Shown here in pieces: positions 25,638 through 35,330 of a stretch of 64,000 nt of DNA. The position numbers and the translations under genes were made by a program. How positions within the stretch are numbered: position 1 is the first letter of the stretch; every line of letters starts with the position of its first letter. Below the pieces are notes generated by a model. It saw nothing but the letters and a program-made list of their open reading frames with translations, ran no database searches and was not told the DNA's origin. The DNA is from Candidatus Omnitrophota bacterium (GTDB taxonomy: Bacteria > Omnitrophota > Gorgyraeia > Zapsychrales > JANLHA01), in NCBI GenBank assembly GCA_963662715.1, contig OY759724.1, forward strand, positions 332,670 to 396,669, in the 5' to 3' direction.

Positions 25638-26753
25638 ATGCGCATTATCGACCGCTATATTATCAAATCTGTCATCTTTGTCTTCATCGTCACGTTTTTT
25701 ACTTTCGGCCTGCTTTTTGTCCTGATCGACTCTGCCAGCAACCTCGATGAATTCATCGAACAGCAGGTGCCGATTCAAATACTGTTCCAGTATTATCTGG
25801 CGTACCTTCCCGTGGTGCTCGTTCAAACAACACCCATGGCTTTATTAATTTCCGTTCTTTTGACGTACTCCGCGCTGAACAGCCATAATGAAATCGTCGT
25901 CCTGAGAACGAGCGGAATGAACTTTTGGCAGATCACAAAGCCTGTTCTGGCCTTTGTGCTCGTGATGGCGGCCGTTGTTTTCTTTATTAATGAACGCTAT
26001 ATCCCGCAGTCGGAAGAAAAAACGAAAAAAATCAAAAATGACAACCTCATCCTGGAAGTGGACCGGAAGAAGAAAAACTTTTCCAAGATTAAAAATCTGA
26101 CATTTTACGGCTTAAAAAACCGTCTCTACTTTATCGATACGTTTGATCCCGATCCGGACTCGTCGTATGAACTGGAAGGACTGACAATCATCGAGTATGA
26201 CCAGGACCAGAACATCGAAGAGAAAATCGTCGCTTTAAAAGGCTCCTGGACGGGGATAGCCTGGAAATGTTATCAGTGTCATATCACGCATTTTCCTAAA
26301 GATCCGCAAAGCACAATAAAAGTCAAAGTCTATGAAGACAAGCTGCTTGATATCAAAGAAACCCCGGAAGATTTTCTTAATCAACGGCTGACGATCAACG
26401 CCATGAACATTAAACAACTGACCGATTACGTGACGCGTTTTACAAACAGCGGGGCCAAGAGGGCTCTGAACAACTTAAAAGTGGACCTGTATCAGAAATA
26501 TTCCTTCCCGCTGACAAACGTTATCATCATCCTCGTCGGTCTGCCCTTTGCCCTTACGACAGGACGGCGGAAAGCCCAGACATTCACTTCTCTGGGGATT
26601 GCGATCGCTATAGGCTTTCTTTATTATGTGACAAACGCGGTCGGGCTGGCGCTGGGGAAGGGCGGATTGTTCCCGCCGATTGTGTCGGCCTGGCTGGCTC
26701 CCGTCCTCTTTACGGGGATCGCCTTTTATCTCATCAAGTACAAATTCCGTTGA
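25638..26753 (+). CDS. lptG: LptG/LptF-family LPS export permease
   Basis: 371 aa. MRIIDRYIIKSV... with the same topology as the upstream paralog. Confidence 0.7.
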   Translation: MRIIDRYIIKSVIFVFIVTFFTFGLLFVLIDSASNLDEFIEQQVPIQILFQYYLAYLPVVLVQTTPMALLISVLLTYSALNSHNEIVVLRTSGMNFWQITKPVLAFVLVMAAVVFFINERYIPQSEEKTKKIKNDNLILEVDRKKKNFSKIKNLTFYGLKNRLYFIDTFDPDPDSSYELEGLTIIEYDQDQNIEEKIVALKGSWTGIAWKCYQCHITHFPKDPQSTIKVKVYEDKLLDIKETPEDFLNQRLTINAMNIKQLTDYVTRFTNSGAKRALNNLKVDLYQKYSFPLTNVIIILVGLPFALTTGRRKAQTFTSLGIAIAIGFLYYVTNAVGLALGKGGLFPPIVSAWLAPVLFTGIAFYLIKYKFR

Positions 26754-26783
26754 CCTCTTCAACTCTTTTTAAGACAGCAAGGC

Positions 26784-27965
26784 TCAGTTCTTATAAACCC
26801 GGGGGAGCCGGTTGCCCAAACTGCAGACAATTTCATAATTGATCGTTCCGGCATGTTCCGCCAGCTCATCAGCCGAAATCATTTCTCTTTTATCTTTCCC
26901 TAAAATGACAACTTCCTGACCGACCTTGGCGGAAGGCACCCGGGAGATATCGACGACAATCTGGTCCATCGTAACGCGTCCCAGGATGGGGCATCTCCGG
27001 CCGTTCAGCAGGACCGAAGATTTATTGGACAAACTCCTTAGATATCCGTCGCTGTAACCGATCGGCAGCGTGGCGGCCAGCAGATCTTTCGGGGCAACAA
27101 AGGTGTGGCCGTAACTGATCCCCTGCCCCTTCATGATCTTCTTAAGGAAAATAATCCGGGCTTTCACGCTCATCGCCGGCTGCAGTCTGACTTTGTCCGC
27201 CAGGCGTTTATCCGAATACAGCCCGTACAACATAATGCCCGGTCGGACGAGATTAAAAATAACCGTCTGATAGTCGATCAGCCCCGCGCTGTTGGCGGCA
27301 TGGACGTACGGGACAACCAGCCCCTGCTGATCCAGCTTTTTGACAAGATCATATATCTGCTTGACCTGCAAAGTCGTATAATCAGCATTGCAGTCCGCCA
27401 AAGGGAAATGCGTATAAAGCCCCTTGACGGATACGTGGGACAACTTCATCACGTCCTTAATAAAACTTTCCGCGCCCCTGTGCCAGACCCCCAAACGCCC
27501 CATCCCCGTATCGACGGGGATATGGATATCCGCCTTCCGCCCGATGCGCTTTGCATAGGTATTCAAAGACGTCGCCAGGGAAAGCGTACAGACCGTGGGG
27601 GTCAAATTGTAATCCACAATATCCTTGACTTGCGACGGCAGAGACGTTTCCAACAAAAGGATCTTTTTCTTAATGCCGTTTTTCCGCAGACAGATGCCCT
27701 CCGCGACATCCGAAACCCCGAAAAATTCCACTTTAAGACGATTAAGAGTATTCGCCACCTTAATCATCCCGTGACCGTAAGCATCCGCTTTGATGACGGT
27801 CAAAACTTCCGGGAAGCGTATTTTCTTTCTTCCCTTTCGCGGATACGGAAGAAGCTCCACCTGCCGGGCCTGCACCATCTTGCTGATCTGCTGAAAATTA
27901 TAACGGATCGCTTTTAAATCTACTTCCACCCAGGACAAATAATTATGTGCTTTTCGGGGACTCAC
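26784..27965 (-). CDS. alr: Alanine racemase
   Basis: 393 aa. PLP-lysine motif VIKADAYGHG and a C-terminal beta domain. Confidence 0.9.
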   Translation of the reverse strand: MSPRKAHNYLSWVEVDLKAIRYNFQQISKMVQARQVELLPYPRKGRKKIRFPEVLTVIKADAYGHGMIKVANTLNRLKVEFFGVSDVAEGICLRKNGIKKKILLLETSLPSQVKDIVDYNLTPTVCTLSLATSLNTYAKRIGRKADIHIPVDTGMGRLGVWHRGAESFIKDVMKLSHVSVKGLYTHFPLADCNADYTTLQVKQIYDLVKKLDQQGLVVPYVHAANSAGLIDYQTVIFNLVRPGIMLYGLYSDKRLADKVRLQPAMSVKARIIFLKKIMKGQGISYGHTFVAPKDLLAATLPIGYSDGYLRSLSNKSSVLLNGRRCPILGRVTMDQIVVDISRVPSAKVGQEVVILGKDKREMISADELAEHAGTINYEIVCSLGNRLPRVYKN

Positions 27966-27968
27966 TGG

Positions 27969-28694
27969 TCACCTCCTCACTTGACAGTTCTCCGGATATA
28001 GATATAAAGGGACCAGCGCATTCAGGTTATCTCCTGGTCCCTGTTTTAACCGTTCCAGCGCCAAAGGCAGCATTTTCTCCGCACGGGGAGCCCAGAAACG
28101 TTCTTCAGCAAAATGGCATGCATAAGCATGTCGGGAGGAATCTTTGTTTCTCTTAAATTCTTTAATAGGATTTGCGTATAATTTTAAGCCGTCTCCGGTA
28201 AAAAGCGTTTCTCCTTTAAGACGAGATAAAAAATCGTCAATGGCCGTCAACCTGTAAGGAGACTGCCTTTTCATGCCGTCCGGGGTGATTTTATAAAGAC
28301 AGGCATAAACAAGACCCCGCCGGGCGTCCACAACTGTCGCGATATAAGGACATTGAGCGGCCTCCGCAACATTCATGGCGATGACATCCAGGCTCGGGAT
28401 CCCGATGACCGGTTTCCCGGTGGCAAAGCCGAAAGCTTTTATGGTCGCTAACCCGACCCTGAGGCTCGTGAAAGACCCCGGGCCTAAACCGACTCCGAAC
28501 CCGTCGATATCCTCAAAACGGACATCCGCCAGCCGGAGGATACGCTTCATACAAGGGATAATGGACGAAGAAAGGATTTTGTCAAGCTGCACATTGCGAT
28601 AGCGGATAATGCGTCCCGCACGGCTCACCGCCACGCTGAAAACTTTTGTCGACGTATCAATAAGCAATAAGTATTGAGATGTCATCATGCTCAC
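27969..28694 (-). CDS. tsaB: tRNA t6A37 biosynthesis protein TsaB (YeaZ)
   Basis: 241 aa. N-terminal LLIDTSTKVFSVAV... ASKHA fold, adjacent to tsaE. Confidence 0.85.
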   Translation of the reverse strand: MSMMTSQYLLLIDTSTKVFSVAVSRAGRIIRYRNVQLDKILSSSIIPCMKRILRLADVRFEDIDGFGVGLGPGSFTSLRVGLATIKAFGFATGKPVIGIPSLDVIAMNVAEAAQCPYIATVVDARRGLVYACLYKITPDGMKRQSPYRLTAIDDFLSRLKGETLFTGDGLKLYANPIKEFKRNKDSSRHAYACHFAEERFWAPRAEKMLPLALERLKQGPGDNLNALVPLYLYPENCQVRR

Positions 28695-29206
28695 ACCGGC
28701 CTCTGCCCGTTCGGACCGGGAACAGGCTTTCTCTTTTTACAAGAATTAAGGGCTTCCAGCACCCGGATATACGGGTCTTGTCCGGCCGAAAGGACAATAC
28801 GCCTTCGGTCCTTCCCCTGCACCTGAAAATCCAGACGCAGGAATTCCTGAGGCAAAAGAACGCCAAAGCGTTCGGACCATTCCACGACAGAAATGCCGGT
28901 CCCGTAAAGAAAATCATCATAGCCTATGGCCGCGATATCCTCAGGATGTTCCAGACGATAAAAATCAAAATGATACAAAGTCCGCTTCCCCTCATAAATA
29001 TTCAGCAAAACAAACGTGGGACTATGCACCTGCCGGGGATCAAGCCCCATGCCCCGGGCCAGCCCTTTCACAAAAGTTGTCTTGCCGCTGCCCAAATCCC
29101 CGAATAAACAGACAATGTTCCCGGGCTTTAATCTCGCAGCAAGTCTTTGCCCCAACTCTTGCGTCTCTTCCGGTGAGTAGGTCAACATGGTTACGGTTGT
29201 CTTCAT
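28691..29206 (-). CDS. tsaE: tRNA t6A37 biosynthesis ATPase TsaE (YjeE)
   Basis: 171 aa. Walker A LFGDLGSGKTTFVKGLARG. Overlaps tsaB by 4 nt. Confidence 0.85.
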   Translation of the reverse strand: MKTTVTMLTYSPEETQELGQRLAARLKPGNIVCLFGDLGSGKTTFVKGLARGMGLDPRQVHSPTFVLLNIYEGKRTLYHFDFYRLEHPEDIAAIGYDDFLYGTGISVVEWSERFGVLLPQEFLRLDFQVQGKDRRRIVLSAGQDPYIRVLEALNSCKKRKPVPGPNGQRPV

Positions 29207-29304
29207 GGCGTTAAAATCAGCTTCCGTTTGATACGCGCCCGGGCGTCCTTAAATATCTTTATCATCCTTCACCGGGACATTTTCGCGCATTCAGCCCGTT
29301 TCTG

Positions 29305-30213
29305 TCAAAAGTGCCGGAACCCGCCCGGCTTCACAGGTGTTTTCCGGCCTTTTCGATCCAGTAATGTGACTGTTCCCCGTCCGGGGACAATCTCTCCCAC
29401 AGGGAAGAACTGCAGCCCGCCCGTGCGCAGAGTTTTTAAGCGCCGGGCTTTGCCGGCCGGCAGAGTGAACAACAGTTCAAAGTCCTCCCCGTCGTACAAG
29501 GCATGACGCAGTTTCGCTTTTTCTGCTAAAGGGATACTCTCTTTCCATAAACAGGCACCGACCCGGCTTTGATGAAGAATATGGCTCAAATCGGCCATAA
29601 ACCCGTCTGATATGTCTATCATGGATGTGGGCTTCAATCCCTGCCGCAGCAGAAACTGCGCTTCGGCAAGCCGGGGGACAAAACAAAGGTCCTTGCCGCT
29701 TTTCCAGGCGCGGCCGAGCGGTCCGGTCACAAAAATAACATCCCCTTTCCCGGCCCCTTTGCGGCAGACAATGTCTTTCTTCCGTGCGGTGCCTAAAAGA
29801 GAAATGTTGATCACAAGCCGGCGACTTTTGACCGTATCTCCCCCCACGATACGGACATGAAACTTGTTCGCACTCTGGATGATGCCGCGGTACAGAGCGT
29901 CCATAAAGGCAACCGTCTTGCCGGGAGCAACCCCGAGTGAAACGAGGGCATACTGCGGCATACCGCCCATGGCCGCAATATCGCTGACATTACAGGCCAA
30001 GGCTTTGTATCCTATCCGCTGCGGCGGGGTCTGCGTCTTGAAATGGACGCCCTCCACAAACATATCTGTTGTCAAGAGGACCTGTTTCCCCCTGATCTCC
30101 CGGACAACCGCCGTATCATCTCCTATGGGAGTCAGCACAGATGCGTCCGGAGGGATCAGCCTTCTGATTCGGTCAATAAATTCAAATTCACCAAGGTCAC
30201 GTAATGGTTTCAT
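29305..30213 (-). CDS. thiL: Thiamine-monophosphate kinase. Start taken at M47 of the track ORF.
   Basis: ...LGEFEFIDRIRRL...IGDDTAVV... AIR-synthase-related fold. The track ORF extends 46 codons upstream into the mtnA 3' end. M47 (MKPLRDLGEFEFI) matches the canonical ThiL N-terminus and sits 17 nt after the mtnA stop. Confidence 0.8.
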   Translation of the reverse strand: MKPLRDLGEFEFIDRIRRLIPPDASVLTPIGDDTAVVREIRGKQVLLTTDMFVEGVHFKTQTPPQRIGYKALACNVSDIAAMGGMPQYALVSLGVAPGKTVAFMDALYRGIIQSANKFHVRIVGGDTVKSRRLVINISLLGTARKKDIVCRKGAGKGDVIFVTGPLGRAWKSGKDLCFVPRLAEAQFLLRQGLKPTSMIDISDGFMADLSHILHQSRVGACLWKESIPLAEKAKLRHALYDGEDFELLFTLPAGKARRLKTLRTGGLQFFPVGEIVPGRGTVTLLDRKGRKTPVKPGGFRHF

Positions 30214-30229
30214 GTCGGGTCTGACGGCA

Positions 30230-31291
30230 TTAAATTCCGCAGCCTGTGCGTTTTTTCCCTGAAATTCTTTTGATTTGACGCACAAAGGGCGGCCGGATAA
30301 CTCCGTGTTCTGTAATAATGGCGGAAATATGCTTGTGGTCCGTGACATCAAAAGCAGGGTTATAGACTTTGACCTGGCGGGGAGCGGTCAGCTGACCGTT
30401 AAATCCCAAGACCTCTGTTTTGTCGCGCTGTTCAATCGGGATCCCCCGGCCTGTCTTGAGGGACAGGTCAAATGTCGACTCAGGCGCCACAACATAAAAA
30501 GGGATTTTATGATAACGTGCTAAAACGGCAAGGCTGTAGGTCCCGATCTTGTTGGCCGTGTCCCCGTTCGCCGCGATCCGGTCGGCGCCGGTAAAGATGG
30601 CGGCAATCTTTTTATCCCGCATGACTGTGGCCGCCATGCTGTCACAGATCAGCGTCGTATCAATCTTTTCTTTCAAAAGCTCCCAGGTCGTTAAGCGGGC
30701 GCCCTGCAGAAGCGGCCGGGTCTCACAGGAGAAAACTTTAAATGTTTTCCCCTGCTCTTTCGCGGCGTAAAAAACGCCTAAAGCCGTACCGTAATCCACT
30801 GTGGCTAAAGCTCCCGCGTTGCAGATGGTCATGACAGACTGTCCGTCACGAATCAAAGCCGCCCCGTAATGCCCCATCCTTCGGCAGACCCGGCGGTCTT
30901 CCTCAAAAACACGGAACGCCTCCTCCTTCAGCCGTTTCTTCAGCTCATCAACAGAAGCCTCCGGATAATCGCTGACAATTTCTTTCATGCGGTCCAAAAC
31001 ATGAAAAAGGTTCACCGCCGTCGGGCGGGACGAGCCGATATAATCACTGATTTTATGAATATGCTGGACAAATTTATCTTTATCCTGCCCCCGATAGTCC
31101 GCGGTCCCCAGCAAGACGCCAAAACCCGCGGCAACACCCAAAGCCGGCGCCCCCCGGACGCTTAAACAGCGGATAGCGTTCCATAAAGTCTGCAGGTCAT
31201 GACAGTGAATATATTTAATGCGGTGAGGCAGCAATGTCTGATCGATCAACTGAATATGGTTTTTCGTCCACTTAATCGTTGCTATAGCCAT
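30230..31291 (-). CDS. mtnA: Methylthioribose-1-phosphate isomerase (eIF-2B alpha/beta/delta family)
   Basis: 353 aa. MAIATIKWTKNHIQLIDQTLLP...GAPALGVAAGFG matches MtnA. Confidence 0.8.
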   Translation of the reverse strand: MAIATIKWTKNHIQLIDQTLLPHRIKYIHCHDLQTLWNAIRCLSVRGAPALGVAAGFGVLLGTADYRGQDKDKFVQHIHKISDYIGSSRPTAVNLFHVLDRMKEIVSDYPEASVDELKKRLKEEAFRVFEEDRRVCRRMGHYGAALIRDGQSVMTICNAGALATVDYGTALGVFYAAKEQGKTFKVFSCETRPLLQGARLTTWELLKEKIDTTLICDSMAATVMRDKKIAAIFTGADRIAANGDTANKIGTYSLAVLARYHKIPFYVVAPESTFDLSLKTGRGIPIEQRDKTEVLGFNGQLTAPRQVKVYNPAFDVTDHKHISAIITEHGVIRPPFVRQIKRISGKKRTGCGI

Positions 31292-31337
31292 GTGTTCTCC
31301 TTACGTCTGTACATCAGCAATATTGACGGACAAAAGA

Positions 31338-32852
31338 TTATTGCTCTGATGACGGGGTCTCTATCCTCGGGAATAAAGCTGCGTGTTCTTTTAATTCCGT
31401 ACCGGGGGTAAGACTCCCCCACGAAAGGGGTGCCTCACGGGCATTCAGAATATCGAGAATCTGTTCAGACTTGGTAGGGATAACCGGCCGCAGTAGAACC
31501 GCAGAAAACCGTAACGCTTCCGTCGCTGTATAAAGAACCGTCCCGGCCTTGGCCTTATCCGTCTTAGCGACTTTCCAGGGAGCCGAGGCTTCCAGGTATT
31601 TGTTGACCTGCCGGATAAGTTTCAGGATCTCCTCGATAGCCTCATGGATTTTTAACTGATTCACGGATACTGTGACCTGTTCCGGGAGCCGGACAGCCGT
31701 GTCTTTCACCGCATTTTCCTCCGGACCCGGATCGCAATATTCCGGCACGCGTCTGTCGAAGTGTTTTCCCAGCAGACCGCTGACCCGGTTCAGAAGATTC
31801 CCGAAATCATTGGCCAGGTCGCTGTTATACCTTTTCATAAAAGAATCAAACGTGAAGTTCGCATCCTGGCCCAGGACCATTTCCCGCATAAGGTAATATC
31901 TCACGGCATCCACGCCGTACTGCTCTATAAGGTCCAGGGGGTTGACGATATTCCCCAGGGACTTGCTCATTTTGGTCTCGCCCATCAGCCACCAGCCATG
32001 GGCTAAAATCGTTTTGGGCAGAGGAAGATTAAGGGAAAAAAGCATAGTCGACCAGTAGACAGCATGCGTTGTAATGATATCCTTCCCGATCAGGTGAAGA
32101 TCGGCCGGCCACCAGGACTGGAACCGCTCTTCCCGGTCGCCGTACCCCGGGGCCGTGACATAATTCAGCAGCGCATCAAACCAGACATACGTCACATAAT
32201 CCTTGTCAAACGGAAGTTCGATCCCCCAGCTTAACCTTGTTTTCGGACGCGAAATGCACAGGTCGCCGAGGGGCTGACGCAAAAATCCCAGGATTTCGTT
32301 CTTCCGTGATTCCGGCTGAATGAACTCCGGATGCTCCGCGATGTAATCGACAAGCTGCTGCTGGTATTTTCCCATACGGAAAAACCAGTTGCGCTCCTTG
32401 AGTTTCTTGACGTCACGGAAAGCTCCGGAATCCTTCTCGGATTCCGTGATGAATCTTTCCTCGGAGACTGAATACCACCCTTCGTATTCATCCATATAAA
32501 TATCCCCGGAATCATAGACCTTCCGCAGGACATCCTGAACAACCTTAACATGTCTTTCCTGCGTCGTACGGATAAAATCATCGAATTGAATGTTTAATTT
32601 CTCCCATAGCTGAAGAAACCGGGGGGCCAAATCATCGCAGTGGTCCTGGGGAAGGAATTCCCGGGCTTCCGCGGCCTGCTGGACTTTCTGTCCGTGTTCA
32701 TCCAGGCCTGTCAGAAAGAAAACATCATGGCCCTGGGCGCGATGAAACCGGGCCAAGACATCAGCCAAAATCGTCGTATAAGCATGCCCGATATGCGGCT
32801 TATCATTCACATAATATATGGGTGTTGTTAAGTAGAACTTATTCCTGTTCAT
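31338..32852 (-). CDS. metG: Methionyl-tRNA synthetase (short form)
   Basis: 504 aa. HIGH motif (PHIGHAYT) and KMSKS (KMSKSLGN). Confidence 0.9.
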   Translation of the reverse strand: MNRNKFYLTTPIYYVNDKPHIGHAYTTILADVLARFHRAQGHDVFFLTGLDEHGQKVQQAAEAREFLPQDHCDDLAPRFLQLWEKLNIQFDDFIRTTQERHVKVVQDVLRKVYDSGDIYMDEYEGWYSVSEERFITESEKDSGAFRDVKKLKERNWFFRMGKYQQQLVDYIAEHPEFIQPESRKNEILGFLRQPLGDLCISRPKTRLSWGIELPFDKDYVTYVWFDALLNYVTAPGYGDREERFQSWWPADLHLIGKDIITTHAVYWSTMLFSLNLPLPKTILAHGWWLMGETKMSKSLGNIVNPLDLIEQYGVDAVRYYLMREMVLGQDANFTFDSFMKRYNSDLANDFGNLLNRVSGLLGKHFDRRVPEYCDPGPEENAVKDTAVRLPEQVTVSVNQLKIHEAIEEILKLIRQVNKYLEASAPWKVAKTDKAKAGTVLYTATEALRFSAVLLRPVIPTKSEQILDILNAREAPLSWGSLTPGTELKEHAALFPRIETPSSEQ

Positions 32853-33636
32853 TATTATAAACGACCTTGGTAAACTTTCCCTCTCCCAGATCCACCAGGA
32901 CGGTCCGTTTGAGGATATTCACGTCTTTCACCTTGCCTTTGCCTTCCGGAGTGGTCACCTTTTCTCCGAGATGAGGAAGGTTCTTCACAAGTTCCCGGTA
33001 CACGATAAACTCATAGGCCATACAGCATTTAATACGGCCGCAGACTCCCGAAATACGCGAAGGGTTCAGAGGCAAAGCCTGCTCCTTAGCCATTTTGATG
33101 GACAACGGATGAAACCACCGCATATAAGACGAACAGCATAAGGCCCGGCCGCAAACGCCGTAACCGCCGACCATCTTAGCCCGGTCCCTGACCCCGATCT
33201 GCTTCAGTTCAATACGGACCCGGAAAATCTTCGCCAAGTCCTTGACCAAACCCCGGAAGTCAACCCGCCCCTCTGCCGTGAAGAAGAAAATAATCTTGCT
33301 GCAGTCGAACGTATACTCGGCATTAACCAGCTGCATATCGAGCCTCCGTTCATTGATCTTGCGGATACAGGAATTTAAAGCGTCTTTGACCTTAATACGG
33401 TTGTTCTTAATCTGATTCTGGTCCCCTTCCGTGACTTTCCGGATAATTTTACCGGAGACCGGTTCGTTCTTATGCCCCCTCTTGCCCGGTTCCAGCAGGC
33501 AGACAACCTTCCCGAACTCCGTGCCTCTTTCCACTTCAACGATAATATAATCTCCTCTTTGACAATCCATATTATTCCGGTCAAAATAAAACACTGACCG
33601 GAAATCACCGACAATAACTTCAACTATTTGATCCAT
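32839..33636 (-). CDS. ricT: PSP1 C-terminal domain protein (RicT/YaaT-like)
   Basis: 265 aa. The Cys-rich ...GYGVCGRALCCSSY...GVCGRIKCCMAYE is typical of YaaT/PSP1. The holB-ricT-metG synteny matches the Bacillus-type arrangement. Confidence 0.75.
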   Translation of the reverse strand: MDQIVEVIVGDFRSVFYFDRNNMDCQRGDYIIVEVERGTEFGKVVCLLEPGKRGHKNEPVSGKIIRKVTEGDQNQIKNNRIKVKDALNSCIRKINERRLDMQLVNAEYTFDCSKIIFFFTAEGRVDFRGLVKDLAKIFRVRIELKQIGVRDRAKMVGGYGVCGRALCCSSYMRWFHPLSIKMAKEQALPLNPSRISGVCGRIKCCMAYEFIVYRELVKNLPHLGEKVTTPEGKGKVKDVNILKRTVLVDLGEGKFTKVVYNNEQE

Positions 33637-34598
33637 ATTTTATCCCTCAGTAGGTTAAAAGCGATTTTCACATTCAAATTCTCATTCAACAGCCTCTTTG
33701 TCTGCACAATTTCATCAATAATAGCAAATAACTGATCAAATGTATACTCTTGTTTCACCCGCTCTAAATCCTCAATCCGGTCTACATGCGCCACGCGCGC
33801 AGCTTCGACCCCCTGTTTGACCAAAACCAGGTCACGGAACCAGCTTAAGAGGACATCCAAGGACTCATGAATCCGGTCTTTATCTGATAATAAATTCTTC
33901 ATGTAAGGCTCGTTATGCCTCACAAAGATAATGTTATCAATCACGTCATTTTTCGTCTGCAGAAACCCCTGTTCCTGCAGTATCCTGGCTTTACCGGCAC
34001 AGCCTTCACTATAAAAAGCCAAAAAATGGGCAGATTCTTCGTCATGATCGTCATGGTCTATGAGGTCCCGGGCCAGGGAGGTCTGGGAAAGAGGGGAAAA
34101 ATTCATCATGTGGCAGCGGGACTTCACCGTGCTTAAAAGTCGCTCGGGGACGGCTGACGTTAAAATAAACAGGCTGTCCGAAGCCGGTTCCTCCAAGGTT
34201 TTTAAAACAGCATTGCTTCCTTCTATACTCAGAAGTTCGACATCTTTGATAATATAAACCTTTTTCTTGGCCTCAAAAGGCCTGAGCTGACTTCTGGCGA
34301 TCATGTCACGGATCTGGGCAATCTTCATAGCTTGCCTGTTATCGGAGGAAAGGGTTGTGACATCCGGGTGATTGCCGGTATTGATCTTATGGCAGGCCGG
34401 ACAGTTTTCACAGGGGGCAGAATCTTCTTCGGCCCGATGTTCACAGTTAATATATTTGGCCACTGTCAAAGCTGTCTCAACTTTCCCGGAGGCATGCGGG
34501 CCGACAAAAAGATACGCATGAGCCAAACGTTTTCTTTGAGACAGCTGTATGAACCGCTGAAGGATTGTCTGATTAACAAAAACTTGCTGAAGACTCAT
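33624..34598 (-). CDS. holB: DNA polymerase III delta' subunit
   Basis: 324 aa. LAHAYLFVGPHASGK AAA+ region and a CxxC zinc module (CENCPAC). Confidence 0.8.
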   Translation of the reverse strand: MSLQQVFVNQTILQRFIQLSQRKRLAHAYLFVGPHASGKVETALTVAKYINCEHRAEEDSAPCENCPACHKINTGNHPDVTTLSSDNRQAMKIAQIRDMIARSQLRPFEAKKKVYIIKDVELLSIEGSNAVLKTLEEPASDSLFILTSAVPERLLSTVKSRCHMMNFSPLSQTSLARDLIDHDDHDEESAHFLAFYSEGCAGKARILQEQGFLQTKNDVIDNIIFVRHNEPYMKNLLSDKDRIHESLDVLLSWFRDLVLVKQGVEAARVAHVDRIEDLERVKQEYTFDQLFAIIDEIVQTKRLLNENLNVKIAFNLLRDKIWIK

Positions 34599-34700
34599 AA
34601 TTTTTTAGGGTAGTGAACCAGGCCACCGCTGAATCCGTCCGAGATGTCCATTCTGATATAAATCCAGGTTTTATTCGACGGCAAGCAAAAAGGAAGGGGG

Positions 34701-35330
34701 TTAAAGTCCTAACAATTGCTCCACATCTTTTCTGACTAAAGAATATATTTCTTCTTTTGTTTTAGTGACCTTAATGACCTTGATTCTATGACTTTCTTCC
34801 TGTGCTATTTTTAAATAACCTCTCCGGACCCGGTTGTGATAATTCAACGACCGCAGTTCGATCCGGTCCTTATTCCGGCCTGTTCGTGCCAAGCCTTTCT
34901 CTGTTTCAATATCAAATAAAAACGTTAAATTCGGCTGCAGGCCCTGGGTGGCGACCCGGCCGACGTCTTTGATAAAATCAATATCCACGCCGTACCCGTA
35001 CCCCTGATAAGCCAGCGTTGAATCCAGGAACCGGTCACAGAGGACAATCGTCCCCTGCTTCAGAGCCGGAAGGATCACCTCTTCTACGAGTTGGGAGCGG
35101 GCAGCCATATACAGCAGGGTCTCGCATTCTTTCGTCATCCGCGTATTCCGGACATCAAGCAGAATGCGCCGGATGGCTTCACTGATCTTAACGCCTCCGG
35201 GTTCCCGAAGATGCAGGACATTTTTATTTTTCTCCTGTAAATACTTGCAGATCAGCGCGGCCTGGGTGCTTTTTCCGGAACCTTCCGAGCCCTCAAAGGT
35301 AATAAACACGCCTTTCATTCTCTTCTCCAC
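34701..35330 (-). CDS. tmk: Thymidylate kinase
   Basis: 209 aa. P-loop ITFEGSEGSGKSTQ and a DRF-like DRFLDSTLAYQG motif. Confidence 0.9.
   Translation of the reverse strand: MEKRMKGVFITFEGSEGSGKSTQAALICKYLQEKNKNVLHLREPGGVKISEAIRRILLDVRNTRMTKECETLLYMAARSQLVEEVILPALKQGTIVLCDRFLDSTLAYQGYGYGVDIDFIKDVGRVATQGLQPNLTFLFDIETEKGLARTGRNKDRIELRSLNYHNRVRRGYLKIAQEESHRIKVIKVTKTKEEIYSLVRKDVEQLLGL

Noticed and set aside
27105-27917. 270-aa plus-strand ORF, plus other long antisense ORFs (10460..10999, 38864..39505, 41323..42318, 53307..54092, 12137..12485 and similar)
   Set aside because: Each lies antisense within a strongly supported minus-strand gene (alr, MBOAT, yacL, clpC, lpxD, the giant gene). The translations are low-complexity and Arg/Pro-rich, typical of a GC-skewed antisense frame.
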